From NCBI GenBank assembly GCA_051313645.2, contig JBNRSN020000006.1, positions 308,264,001 to 308,328,000 of the forward strand: a stretch of DNA of 64,000 nt, read 5' to 3'. Origin of the DNA: Centroscyllium fabricii. Lineage: Eukaryota. Under the pieces are notes generated by a model that had not been told where the DNA came from, searched no databases, and saw nothing but the letters and a program-made list of their open reading frames with translations. Position numbers and translations under genes: made by a program. Every line of letters starts with the position of its first letter. Positions within the stretch are counted from its first letter, which is position 1. This document shows, piece by piece, positions 46,201 to 59,235 of this stretch.

Positions 46201-49200
46201 TGTACTATATTCTATTTTATTGATTCTCTCCTGTACTATATTCTATTATATTGGTTCTCTCCTGTACTATATTCTATTATATTGATTCTCTCTCCTGTAC
46301 TATATTCTATTATATTGATTCTCTCTCCTGTACTATATTCTATTATATTGATTCTCTCTCCTGTACTATATTCTATTATATTGATTCTCTCCTGTACTAT
46401 ATTCTATTTTATTGATTCTCTCCTGTACTATATTCTATTATATTGGTTCTCTCCTGTACTATATTCTATTATATTGATTCTCTCCTGTACTATATTCTAT
46501 TATATTGGTTCTCTCCTGTACTATATTCTATTATATTGATTCTCTCCTGTACTATATTCTATTTTATTGATTCTCTCCTGTACTATATTCTATTTTATTG
46601 ATTCTCTCCTGTACTATATTCTATTATATTGGTTCTCTCCTGTACTATATTCTATTATATTGATTCTCTCTCCTGTACTATATTCTATTATATTGATTCT
46701 CTCTCCTGTACTATATTCTATTATATTGATTCTCTCTCCTGTACTATATTCTATTATATTGATTCTCTCTCCTGTACTATATTCTATTATATTGATTCTC
46801 TCCTGTACTATATTCTATTATATTGATTCTCTCCTGTACTATATTCTATTATATTGAGTCTCTCCTGTACTATATTCTATTATATTGATTCTCTCCTGTA
46901 CTATATTCTATTATGTTGATTCTCTGCTGTACTATATTCTATTATATTGATTCTCTCTCCTGTACAAGATTCTATTATATTGATTCTCTCCTGTACTATA
47001 TTCTATTATATTGATTCTCTGCTGTACTATATTCTATTATATTGATTCTCTCTCCTGTACTACATTCTATTATATTGATTCTCTCCTGTACTATATTCTA
47101 TTATATTGATTCTCTCTCCTGTACAAGATTCTATTATATTGATTCTCACCTGTACTATATTCTATTATATTGATTCTCTGCTGTGCTATATTCTATTATA
47201 TTGATTCTCTCTCCTGTACTACATTCTATTATATTGATTCTCTGCTGTACTATATTCTATTATATTGATTCTCTCTCCTGTACTATATTCTATTATATTG
47301 ATTCTCTCCTGTACTATATTCTATTATATTGATTCTCTCCTGTACTATATTCTATTATATTGATTCTCTCTCCTGTACTATATTCTATTATATTGATTCT
47401 CTCCTGTACTATATTCTATTATATTGATTCTCTCCTGTACTATATTCTATTATATTGATTCTCTCTCCTGTACAAGATTCTATTATATTGATTCTCTCCT
47501 GTACTATATTCTATTATATTGATTATCTCTCCTGTACTATATTCTATTATATTGATTCTCTCCTGTACTATATTCTATTATATTGATTCTCTCTCCTGTA
47601 CTATATTCTATTATATTGTTTCTCTCTCCTGTACTATATTCGTTTATATTGATTCTCTCTCCTGTACTATATTCTATTATATTGATTCTCTCCTGTACTA
47701 TATTCTATTATATTGATTCTCTCTCCTGTACTATATTCTATTATATTGATTCTCTCCTGTACTATATTCTATTATATTGATTCTCTCTCCTGTACTATAT
47801 TCTATTATATTGATTCTATCTCCTGTACTATATTCTATTATATTGATTCTCTCTCCTGTACTGTATTCTATTATATTGATTCTCTCCTGTACTATATTCT
47901 ATTATATTGATTCTCTCTCCTGTACTATATTCTATTATATTGATTCTCTCTCCTGTACTATATTCTATTATATTGATTCTCTCTCCTGTACTATTTTCTA
48001 TTATATTGATTCTCTCCTGTACTATATTCTATTATATTGATTCTCTCTCCTGTACTATATTCTATTATATTGATTCTCTCCTGTACTATATTCTATTATA
48101 TTGATTCTCTCCCCTGTACTATATTCTATTATATTGATTCTCTCTCCTGTACTATATTCTATTATATTGATTCTCTCTCCTGTACTATATTCTATTATAT
48201 TGATTCTCTCCTGTACTATATTCTATTATATTGATTCTCTCTCCTGTACTATATTCTGTTATATTGATTCTCTCTCCTGTACTATATTCTATTATATTGA
48301 TTCTCTCTCCTGTACTATATTCTATTATATTGATTCTCTCTCCTGTACTATATTCTATTATATTGATTCTCTCCTGTACTATATTCCATTATATTGATTC
48401 TCTCCTGTACTATATTCTATTATATTGATTCTCTCCTGTACTATATTCTATTATATTGATTCTCTCCTGTACTATATTCTATTATGTTGATTCTCTCCTG
48501 CACTATATTCTATTATATTGATTCTCTCCTGTACTATATTCTATTATATTGATTCTCTCCCCTGTACTATATTCTATTATATTGATTCTCTCTCCTGTAC
48601 TATATTCTATTATATTGATTCTCTCCTGTACTATATTCTATTATATTGATTCTCTCCTGTACTATATTCTATTATATTGATTCTCTCCTGGTCTATATTC
48701 TATTATATTGATTCTCTCTCCTGTACTATATTCTATTATATTGATTCTCTCTCCTGTACTATATTCTATTATATTGATTCTCTCCTGTACTATATTCTAT
48801 TATATTGATTCTCTCTCCTGTACTATATTCTGTTATATTGATTCTCTCTCCTGTACTATATTCTATTATATTGATTCTCTCCTGTACTATGTTCTATTAT
48901 ATTGATTCTCTCCTGTACTATATTCTATTATATTGATTCTCTGCTGTACCATAATCTATTATATTGATTCTCTCCTGTACTATATTCTATAATATTGATT
49001 CTCACCTGTAGTATATTCTATTATATTGATTCTCTCGTGTACCATAATCTATTATATTGATTCTCTCCTGTACTATATTCTATTATATTGATTCTCTCCT
49101 GTACTATATTCTATTGTATTGATTCTCTCTACTGTAGTATATTTTATTATATTGATTCTCTCTCCTGTACTATATTCTATTTTATTGATTCTCTCCTGTA

Positions 49201-52200
49201 CTATATTCTATTATATTCATTCTCTCCTGTACTATGTTCTATTATATTGATTCTCTCCTGTACTATATTCTATTATATTGATTCTCTCTCCTGTACTATA
49301 TTCTATTATATTGATTCTCTCCTGTACTATGTTCTATTATATTGATTCTCTCCTGTACTATATTCTATTATATTGATTCTCTCCTGTACCATAATCTATT
49401 ATATTGATTCTCTCCTGTACTATATTCTATAATATTGATTCTCACCTGTAGTATATTCTATTATATTGATTCTCTCTCCTGTACTATATTTTATTATATT
49501 GATTCTCTCTCCTGTACTATATTCTATTATATTGATTCTCTCTCCTGTACTATATTCTATTATATTGATTCTCTCTCCTGTACTATATTCTATTATATTG
49601 ATTCTCTCCTGTACTATATTCTATTATATTGAGTCTCTCCTGTTCTATATTCTATTTTATTGATTCTCTCCTGTACTATATTCTATTTTATTGATTCTCT
49701 CCTGTACTATATTCTATTATATTGGTTCTCTCCTGTACTATATTCTATTATATTGATTCTCTCCTGTACTATATTCTATTTTATTGATTCTCTCCTGTAC
49801 TATATTCTATTTTATTGATTCTCTCCTGTACTATATTCTATTATATTGGTTCTCTCCTGTACTATATTCTATTATATTGATTCTCTCTCCTGTACTATAT
49901 TCTATTATATTGATTCTCTCTCCTGTACTATATTCTATTATATTGATTCTCTCTCCTGTACTATATTCTATTATATTGATTCTCTCCTGTACTATATTCT
50001 ATTTTATTGATTCTCTCCTGTACTATATTCTATTATATTGGTTCTCTCCTGTACTATATTCTATTATATTGATTCTCTCCTGTACTATATTCTATTATAT
50101 TGGTTCTCTCCTGTACTATATTCTATTATATTGATTCTCTCCTGTACTATATTCTATTTTATTGATTCTCTCCTGTACTATATTCTATTTTATTGATTCT
50201 CTCCTGTACTATATTCTATTATATTGGTTCTCTCCTGTACTATATTCTATTATATTGATTCTCTCTCCTGTACTATATTCTATTATATTGATTCTCTCTC
50301 CTGTACTATATTCTATTATATTGATTCTCTCTCCTGTACTATATTCTATTATATTGATTCTCTCTCCTGTACTATATTCTATTATATTGATTCTCTCCTG
50401 TACTATATTCTATTATATTGATTCTCTCCTGTACTATATTCTATTATATTGAGTCTCTCCTGTACTATATTCTATTATATTGATTCTCTCCTGTACTATA
50501 TTCTATTATGTTGATTCTCTGCTGTACTATATTCTATTATATTGATTCTCTCCTGTACTATATTCTATTATATTGATTCTCTCTCCTGTACAAGATTCTA
50601 TTATATTGATTCTCTCCTGTACTATATTCTATTATATTGATTCTCTGCTGTACTATATTCTATTATATTGATTCTCTCTCCTGTACTACATTCTATTATA
50701 TTGATTCTCTCCTGTACTATATTCTATTATATTGATTCTCTGCTGTGCTATATTCTATTATATTGATTCTCTCTCCTGTACTACATTCTATTATATTGAT
50801 TCTCTGCTGTACTATATTCTATTATATTGATTCTCTCTCCTGTACTATATTCTATTATATTGATTCTCTCCTGTACTATATTCTATTATATTGATTCTCT
50901 CCTGTACTATATTCTATTATATTGATTCTCTCTCCTGTACTATATTCTATTATATTGATTCTCTCCTGTACTATATTCTATTATATTGATTCTCTCCTGT
51001 ACTATATTCTATTATATTGATTCTCTCTCCTGTACAAGATTCTATTATATTGATTCTCTCCTGTACTATATTCTATTATATTGATTCTCTCTCCTGTACT
51101 ATATTCTATTATATTGATTCTCTCCTGTACTATATTCTATTATATTGATTCTCTCTCCTGTACTATATTCTATTATATTGTTTCTCTCTCCTGTACTATA
51201 TTCGTTTATATTGATTCTCTCTCCTGTACTATATTCTATTATATTGATTCTCTCCTGTACTATATTCTATTATATTGATTCTCTCTCCTGTACTATATTC
51301 TATTATATTGATTCTCTCCTGTACTATATTCTATTATATTGATTCTCTCTCCTGTACTATATTCTATTATATTGATTCTCTCTCCTGTACTATATTCTAT
51401 TATATTGATTCTCTCTCCTGTACTGTATTCTATTATATTGATTCTCTCCTGTACTATATTCTATTATATTGATTCTCTCTCCTGTACTATATTCTATTAT
51501 ATTGATTCTCTCTCCTGTACTATATTCTATTATATTGATTCTCTCTCCTGTACTATTTTCTATTATATTGATTCTCTCCTGTACTATATTCTATTATATT
51601 GATTCTCTCTCCTGTACTATATTCTATTATATTGATTCTCTCCTGTACTATATTCTATTATATTGATTCTCTCCCCTGTACTATATTCTATTATATTGAT
51701 TCTCTCTCCTGTACTATATTCTATTATATTGATTCTCTCTCCTGTACTATATTCTATTATATTGATTCTCTCCTGTACTATATTCTATTATATTGATTCT
51801 CTCTCCTGTACTATATTCTGTTATATTGATTCTCTCTCCTGTACTATATTCTATTATATTGATTCTCTCTCCTGTACTATATTCTATTATATTGATTCTC
51901 TCTCCTGTACTATATTCTATTATATTGATTCTCTCCTGTACTATATTCCATTATATTGATTCTCTCCTGTACTATATTCTATTATATTGATTCTCTCCTG
52001 TACTATATTCTATTATATTGATTCTCTCCTGTACTATATTCTATTATGTTGATTCTCTCCTGTACTATATTCTATTATATTGATTCTCTCCTGTACTATA
52101 TTCTATTATATTGATTCTCTCCCCTGTACTATATTCTATTATATTGATTCTCTCTCCTGTACTATATTCTATTATATTGATTCTCTCCTGTACTATATTC

Positions 52201-55200
52201 TATTATATTGATTCTCTCCTGTACTATATTCTATTATATTGATTCTCTCCTGGTCTATATTCTATTATATTGATTCTCTCTCCTGTACTATATTCTATTA
52301 TATTGATTCTCTCTCCTGTACTATATTCTATTATATTGATTCTCTCCTGTACTATATTCTATTATATTGATTCTCTCTCCTGTACTATATTCTGTTATAT
52401 TGATTCTCTCTCCTGTACTATATTCTATTATATTGATTCTCTCCTGTACTATGTTCTATTATATTGATTCTCTCCTGTACTATATTCTATTATATTGATT
52501 CTCTGCTGTACCATAATCTATTATATTGATTCTCTCCTGTACTATATTCTATAATATTGATTCTCACCTGTAGTATATTCTATTATATTGATTCTCTCGT
52601 GTACCATAATCTATTATATTGATTCTCTCCTGTACTATATTCTATTATATTGATTCTCTCCTGTACTATATTCTATTGTATTGATTCTCTCTACTGTAGT
52701 ATATTTTATTATATTGATTCTCTCTCCTGTACTATATTCTATTTTATTGATTCTCTCCTGTACTATATTCTATTATATTCATTCTCTCCTGTACTATGTT
52801 CTATTATATTGATTCTCTCCTGTACTATATTCTATTATATTGATTCTCTCTCCTGTACTATATTCTATTATATTGATTCTCTCCTGTACTATGTTCTATT
52901 ATATTGATTCTCTCCTGTACTATATTCTATTATATTGATTCTCTCCTGTACCATAATCTATTATATTGATTCTCTCCTGTACTATATTCTATAATATTGA
53001 TTCTCACCTGTAGTATATTCTATTATATTGATTCTCTCTCCTGTACTATATTTTATTATATTGATTCTCTCTCCTGTACTATATTCTATTTTATTGATTC
53101 TCTCCTGTACTATATTCTATTATATTCATTCTCTCCTGTACTATATTCTATTATATTGACTCTCTCCTGTACTATATTCTATTATATTGACACTCTCCTG
53201 TACTATATTCCATTATATTGATTCTCTCCTGTACTATATTCTATTATATTGATTCTCTCCTGTACTATATTCTATTATATTGATTCTCTCTCCTGTACCA
53301 TATTCTATTATATTGATTCTCTCCTGTACTATATTCTATTATGTTGATTCTCTCTCCTGTACTATATTCTATTATATTGATTCTCTCCTGTACTATATTC
53401 TATTATATTGATTCTCTCCTGTACTATATTCTATTATGTTGATTCTCTCTCCTGTACTATATTCTATTATATTGATTCTCTCTCCTGTACTATATTCTAT
53501 TATATTGATTCTCTCTCCTGTACTATATTCTATTATATTGATCCTCTCTCCTGTACTATATTCTATTATATTGATTCTCTCTCCTGTACTATATTCTATT
53601 ATATATTGATTCTCTCTCCTGTACTATATTCTATTATATTAATTCTCTCCTGTACTATATTCTATTATATTGATTCTCTCTCCTGTACTATATTCTATTA
53701 TATTGATTCTCTCCTGTACTATATTCTATTATATTGATTCTCTCCTGTACTATATTCTATTATATTGATTCTCTCCTGTACTATATTCTATTATATTGAT
53801 TCTCTCCTGTAATATATTCGATTATATTGGTTCTCTCCTGTACTATATTCTATTATATTGATTCTCTCTCCTGTACTATATTCTATTATATTGATTCTCT
53901 CTCCTGTACTATATTCTATTATATTGATTCTCTCTCCTGTACTATATTCTATTATATTGATTCTCTCTCCTGTACTATATTCTATTATATTGATTCTCGC
54001 TCCTGTACTATATTCTATTATATTGTTTCTCTCTCCTGTACTATATTATATTATATTGATTCTCTCTCCTGTACTATATTCTATTATATTGATTCTCTCC
54101 TGTACTATATTCTATTATATTGATTCTCTCCTGTACTATATTCTATTATATTGATTCTCTCCTGTACTATATTCTATTATATTGAGTCTCTCCTGTTCTA
54201 TATTCTATTTTATTGATTCTCTCCTGTACTATATTCTATTTTATTGATTCTCTCCTGTACTATATTCTATTATATTGGTTCTCTCCTGTACTATATTCTA
54301 TTATATTGATTCTCTCCTGTACTATATTCTATTTTATTGATTCTCTCCTGTACTATATTCTATTTTATTGATTCTCTCCTGTACTATATTCTATTATATT
54401 GGTTCTCTCCTGTACTATATTCTATTATATTGATTCTCTCTCCTGTACTATATTCTATTATATTGATTCTCTCTCCTGTACTATATTCTATTATATTGAT
54501 TCTCTCTCCTGTACTATATTCTATTATATTGATTCTCTCCTGTACTATATTCTATTTTATTGATTCTCTCCTGTACTATATTCTATTATATTGGTTCTCT
54601 CCTGTACTATATTCTATTATATTGATTCTCTCCTGTACTATATTCTATTATATTGGTTCTCTCCTGTACTATATTCTATTATATTGATTCTCTCCTGTAC
54701 TATATTCTATTTTATTGATTCTCTCCTGTACTATATTCTATTTTATTGATTCTCTCCTGTACTGTATTCTATTATATTGGTTCTCTCCTGTACTATATTC
54801 TATTATATTGATTCTCTCTCCTGTACTATATTCTATTATATTGATTCTCTCTCCTGTACTATATTCTATTATATTGATTCTCTCTCCTGTACTATATTCT
54901 ATTATATTGATTCTCTCTCCTGTACTATATTCTATTATATTGATTCTCTCCTGTACTATATTCTATTATATTGATTCTCTCCTGTACTATATTCTATTAT
55001 ATTGAGTCTCTCCTGTACTATATTCTATTATATTGATTCTCTCCTATACTATATTCTATTATGTTGATTCTCTGCTGTACTATATTCTATTATATTGATT
55101 CTCTCCTGTACTATATTCTATTATATTGATTCTCTCTCCTGTACAAGATTCTATTATATTGATTCTCTCCTGTACTATATTCTATTATATTGATTCTCTG

Positions 55201-55900
55201 CTGTACTATATTCTATTATATTGATTCTCTCTCCTGTACTACATTCTATTATATTGATTCTCTCCTGTACTATATTCTATTATATTGATTCTCTCTCCTG
55301 TACAAGATTCTATTATATTGATTCTCACCTGTACTATATTCTATTATATTGATTCTCTGCTGTGCTATATTCTATTATATTGATTCTCTCTCCTGTACTA
55401 CATTCTATTATATTGATTCTCTGCTGTACTATATTCTATTATATTGATTCTCTCTCCTGTACTATATTCTATTATATTGATTCTCTCCTGTACTATATTC
55501 TATTATATTGATTCTCTCCTGTACTATATTCTATTATATTGATTCTCTCTCCTGTACTATATTCTATTATATTGATTCTCTCCTGTACTATATTCTATTA
55601 TATTGATTCTCTCCTGTACTATATTCTATTATATTGATTCTCTCTCCTGTACAAGATTCTATTATATTGATTCTCTCCTGTACTATATTCTATTATATTG
55701 ATTCTCTCTCCTGTACTATATTCTATTATATTGATTCTCTCCTGTACTATATTCTATTATATTGATTCTCTCTCCTGTACTATATTCTATTATATTGTTT
55801 CTCTCTCCTGTACTATATTCGTTTATATTGATTCTCTCTCCTGTACTATATTCTATTATATTGATTCTCTCCTGTACTATATTCTATTATATTGATTCTC
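40270..55900 (+). repeat. HOR domain B: ~4.6-kb unit in about three copies (4586, 3562 and ~4617 bp) preceded by a related ~2.6-kb partial copy
   Basis: The marker TGGTCTAT is at 41491, 44103, 48689 and 52251 (offsets 2612, 4586, 3562). Domain-specific variants are TACCATAATC, TACAAGATTC, TTGAGTC and ATTCATTC. ORF series 47519/51081/55698. Confidence 0.87.
40290..40970 (+). repeat. 324-bp (10-monomer) tandem duplication
   Basis: ORF pairs 40321/40645 and 40451/40775 differ by 324 = 7x33+3x31. The variants TCTTTTAT, CTCTTCTG and TATACTAT each occur twice. Confidence 0.85.
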
Positions 55901-58900
55901 TCTCCTGTACTATATTCTATTATATTGATTCTCTCCTGTACTATATTCTATTATATTGATTCTCTCTCCTGTACTATATTCTATTATATTGATTCTCTCT
56001 CCTGTACTATATTTTATTATATTGATTCTCTCCTGTACTATATTCTATTATATTGATTCTCTCTCCTGTACTATATTCTATTATATTGATTCTCTCCTGT
56101 ACTATATTCTATTATATTGATTCTCTCTCCTGTACTATATTCTATTATATTGATTTTCACCTGTACTATATTGTATTATATTGATTCTCTCCTGTACTAT
56201 ATTCCATTATATTGATTCTCTCCTGTACTATATTCTATTATATTGATTCTCTCCTGTACTATATTCTATTATATTGATTTTCACCTGTACTATATTCTAT
56301 TATATTGATTCTCTCCTGTACTATATTCCATTATATTGATTCTCTCCTGTACTATATTCTATTATATTGATTCTCTCCTGTACTATATTCCATTATATTG
56401 ATTCTCTCCTGTACTATATTCTATTATATTGATTCTCTCCTGTACTATATTCTATTATATTGATTCTCTCCTGTACTATATTCCATTATATTGATTCTCT
56501 CCTGTACTATATTCTATTATATTGATTCTCTCCTGTACTATATTCTATTATATTGATTTTCACCTGTACTATATTCTATTATATTGATTCTCTCCTGTAC
56601 TATATTCTATTATATTGATTCTCTCTCCTGTACTATATTCTATTATATTGATTCTCTCCTGTACTATATTCTATTATATTGATTCTCTCTCCTGTACTAT
56701 ATTCTATTATATTGATTTTCACCTGTACTATATTCTATTATATTGATTCTCTCCTGTACTATATTCCATTATATTGATTCTCTCCTGTACTATATTCTAT
56801 TATATTGATTCTCTCCTGTACTATATTCTATTATATTGATTTTCACCTGTACTATATTCTATTATATTGATTCTCTCCTGTACTATATTCCATTATATTG
56901 ATACTCTCCTGTACTATATTCTATTATATTGATTCTCTCCTGTACTATATTCTATTATATTGATTCTCTCCTGTACTATATTCCATTATATTGATTCTCT
57001 CCTGTACTATATTCTATTATATTGATTCTCTCCTGTACTATATTCCATTATATTGATTCTCTCCTGTACTATATTCTATTATATTGATTCTCTCCTGTAC
57101 TATATTCTATTATATTGATTCTCTCCTGTACTATATTCTATTATATTGATTCTCTCTCCTGTACTATATTCTATTATATTGATTCTCTCCTGTACTATAT
57201 TCCATTATATTGATTCTCTCCTGTACTATATTCTATTATATTGATTCTCTCCTGTACTATATTCTATTATACTGATTCTCTCTCCTGTACTATATTCTAT
57301 TATATTGATTCTCTCTCCTGTACTATATTCTATTATATTGATTCTCTCTCCTGTACTATATTTGATTATATTGATTCTCTCCTCTACTATATTCTATTAT
57401 ATTGACTCTCTCCTGTACTATATTCTATTATATTGATTCTCTCTCCTGTACTATATTCTATTATATTGATTCTCTCCTGTACTATATTCTATTATGTTGA
57501 TTCTCTCTCCTGTACTATATTCTATTATATTGATTCTCTCTCCTGTACTATATTCTATTATATTGATTCTCTCCTGTACTATATTCTATTATATTGATTC
57601 TCTCTCCTGTACTATATTCTATTATATTGATTCTCTCCTGTACTATATTCTATTATATTGATTCTCTCTCCTGTACTATATTCTATTATATTGATTCTCT
57701 CTCCTGTACTATATTTTATTATATTGATTCTCTCCTGTACTATATTCTATTATATTGATTCTCTCTCCTGTACTATATTCTATTATATTGATTCTCTCCT
57801 GTACTATATTCTATTATATTGATTCTCTCTCCTGTACTATATTCTATTATATTGATTTTCACCTGTACTATATTGTATTATATTGATTCTCTCCTGTACT
57901 ATATTCCATTATATTGATTCTCTCCTGTACTATATTCTATTATATTGATTCTCTCCTGTACTATATTCTATTATATTGATTTTCACCTGTACTATATTCT
58001 ATTATATTGATTCTCTCCTGTACTATATTCCATTATATTGATTCTCTCCTGTACTATATTCTATTATATTGATTCTCTCCTGTACTATATTCCATTATAT
58101 TGATTCTCTCCTGTACTATATTCTATTATATTGATTCTCTCCTGTACTATATTCTATTATATTGATTCTCTCCTGTACTATATTCCATTATATTGATTCT
58201 CTCCTGTACTATATTCTATTATATTGATTCTCTCCTGTACTATATTCTATTATATTGATTTTCACCTGTACTATATTCTATTATATTGATTCTCTCCTGT
58301 ACTATATTCTATTATATTGATTCTCTCTCCTGTACTATATTCTATTATATTGATTCTCTCCTGTACTATATTCTATTATATTGATTCTCTCTCCTGTACT
58401 ATATTCTATTATATTGATTTTCACCTGTACTATATTCTATTATATTGATTCTCTCCTGTACTATATTCCATTATATTGATTCTCTCCTGTACTATATTCT
58501 ATTATATTGATTCTCTCCTGTACTATATTCTATTATATTGATTTTCACCTGTACTATATTCTATTATATTGATTCTCTCCTGTACTATATTCCATTATAT
58601 TGATACTCTCCTGTACTATATTCTATTATATTGATTCTCTCCTGTACTATATTCTATTATATTGATTCTCTCCTGTACTATATTCCATTATATTGATTCT
58701 CTCCTGTACTATATTCTATTATATTGATTCTCTCCTGTACTATATTCCATTATATTGATTCTCTCCTGTACTATATTCTATTATATTGATTCTCTCCTGT
58801 ACTATATTCTATTATATTGATTCTCTCCTGTACTATATTCTATTATATTGATTCTCTCTCCTGTACTATATTCTATTATATTGATTCTCTCCTGTACTAT

Positions 58901-59235
58901 ATTCCATTATATTGATTCTCTCCTGTACTATATTCTATTATATTGATTCTCTCCTGTACTATATTCTATTATACTGATTCTCTCTCCTGTACTATATTCT
59001 ATTATATTGATTCTCTCTCCTGTACTATATTCTATTATATTGATTCTCTCTCCTGTACTATATTTGATTATATTGATTCTCTCCTCTACTATATTCTATT
59101 ATATTGACTCTCTCCTGTACTATATTCTATTATATTGATTCTCTCTCCTGTACTATATTCTATTATATTGATTCTCTCCTGTACTATATTCTATTATGTT
59201 GATTCTCTCTCCTGTACTATATTCTATTATATTGA
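55830..59235 (+). repeat. 1702-bp tandem duplication at the start of domain C
   Basis: TGATTTTCACC followed by TTGTATT is at 56151/57853, and TTTGATTA is at 57361/59063; both offsets are 1702. Confidence 0.9.
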
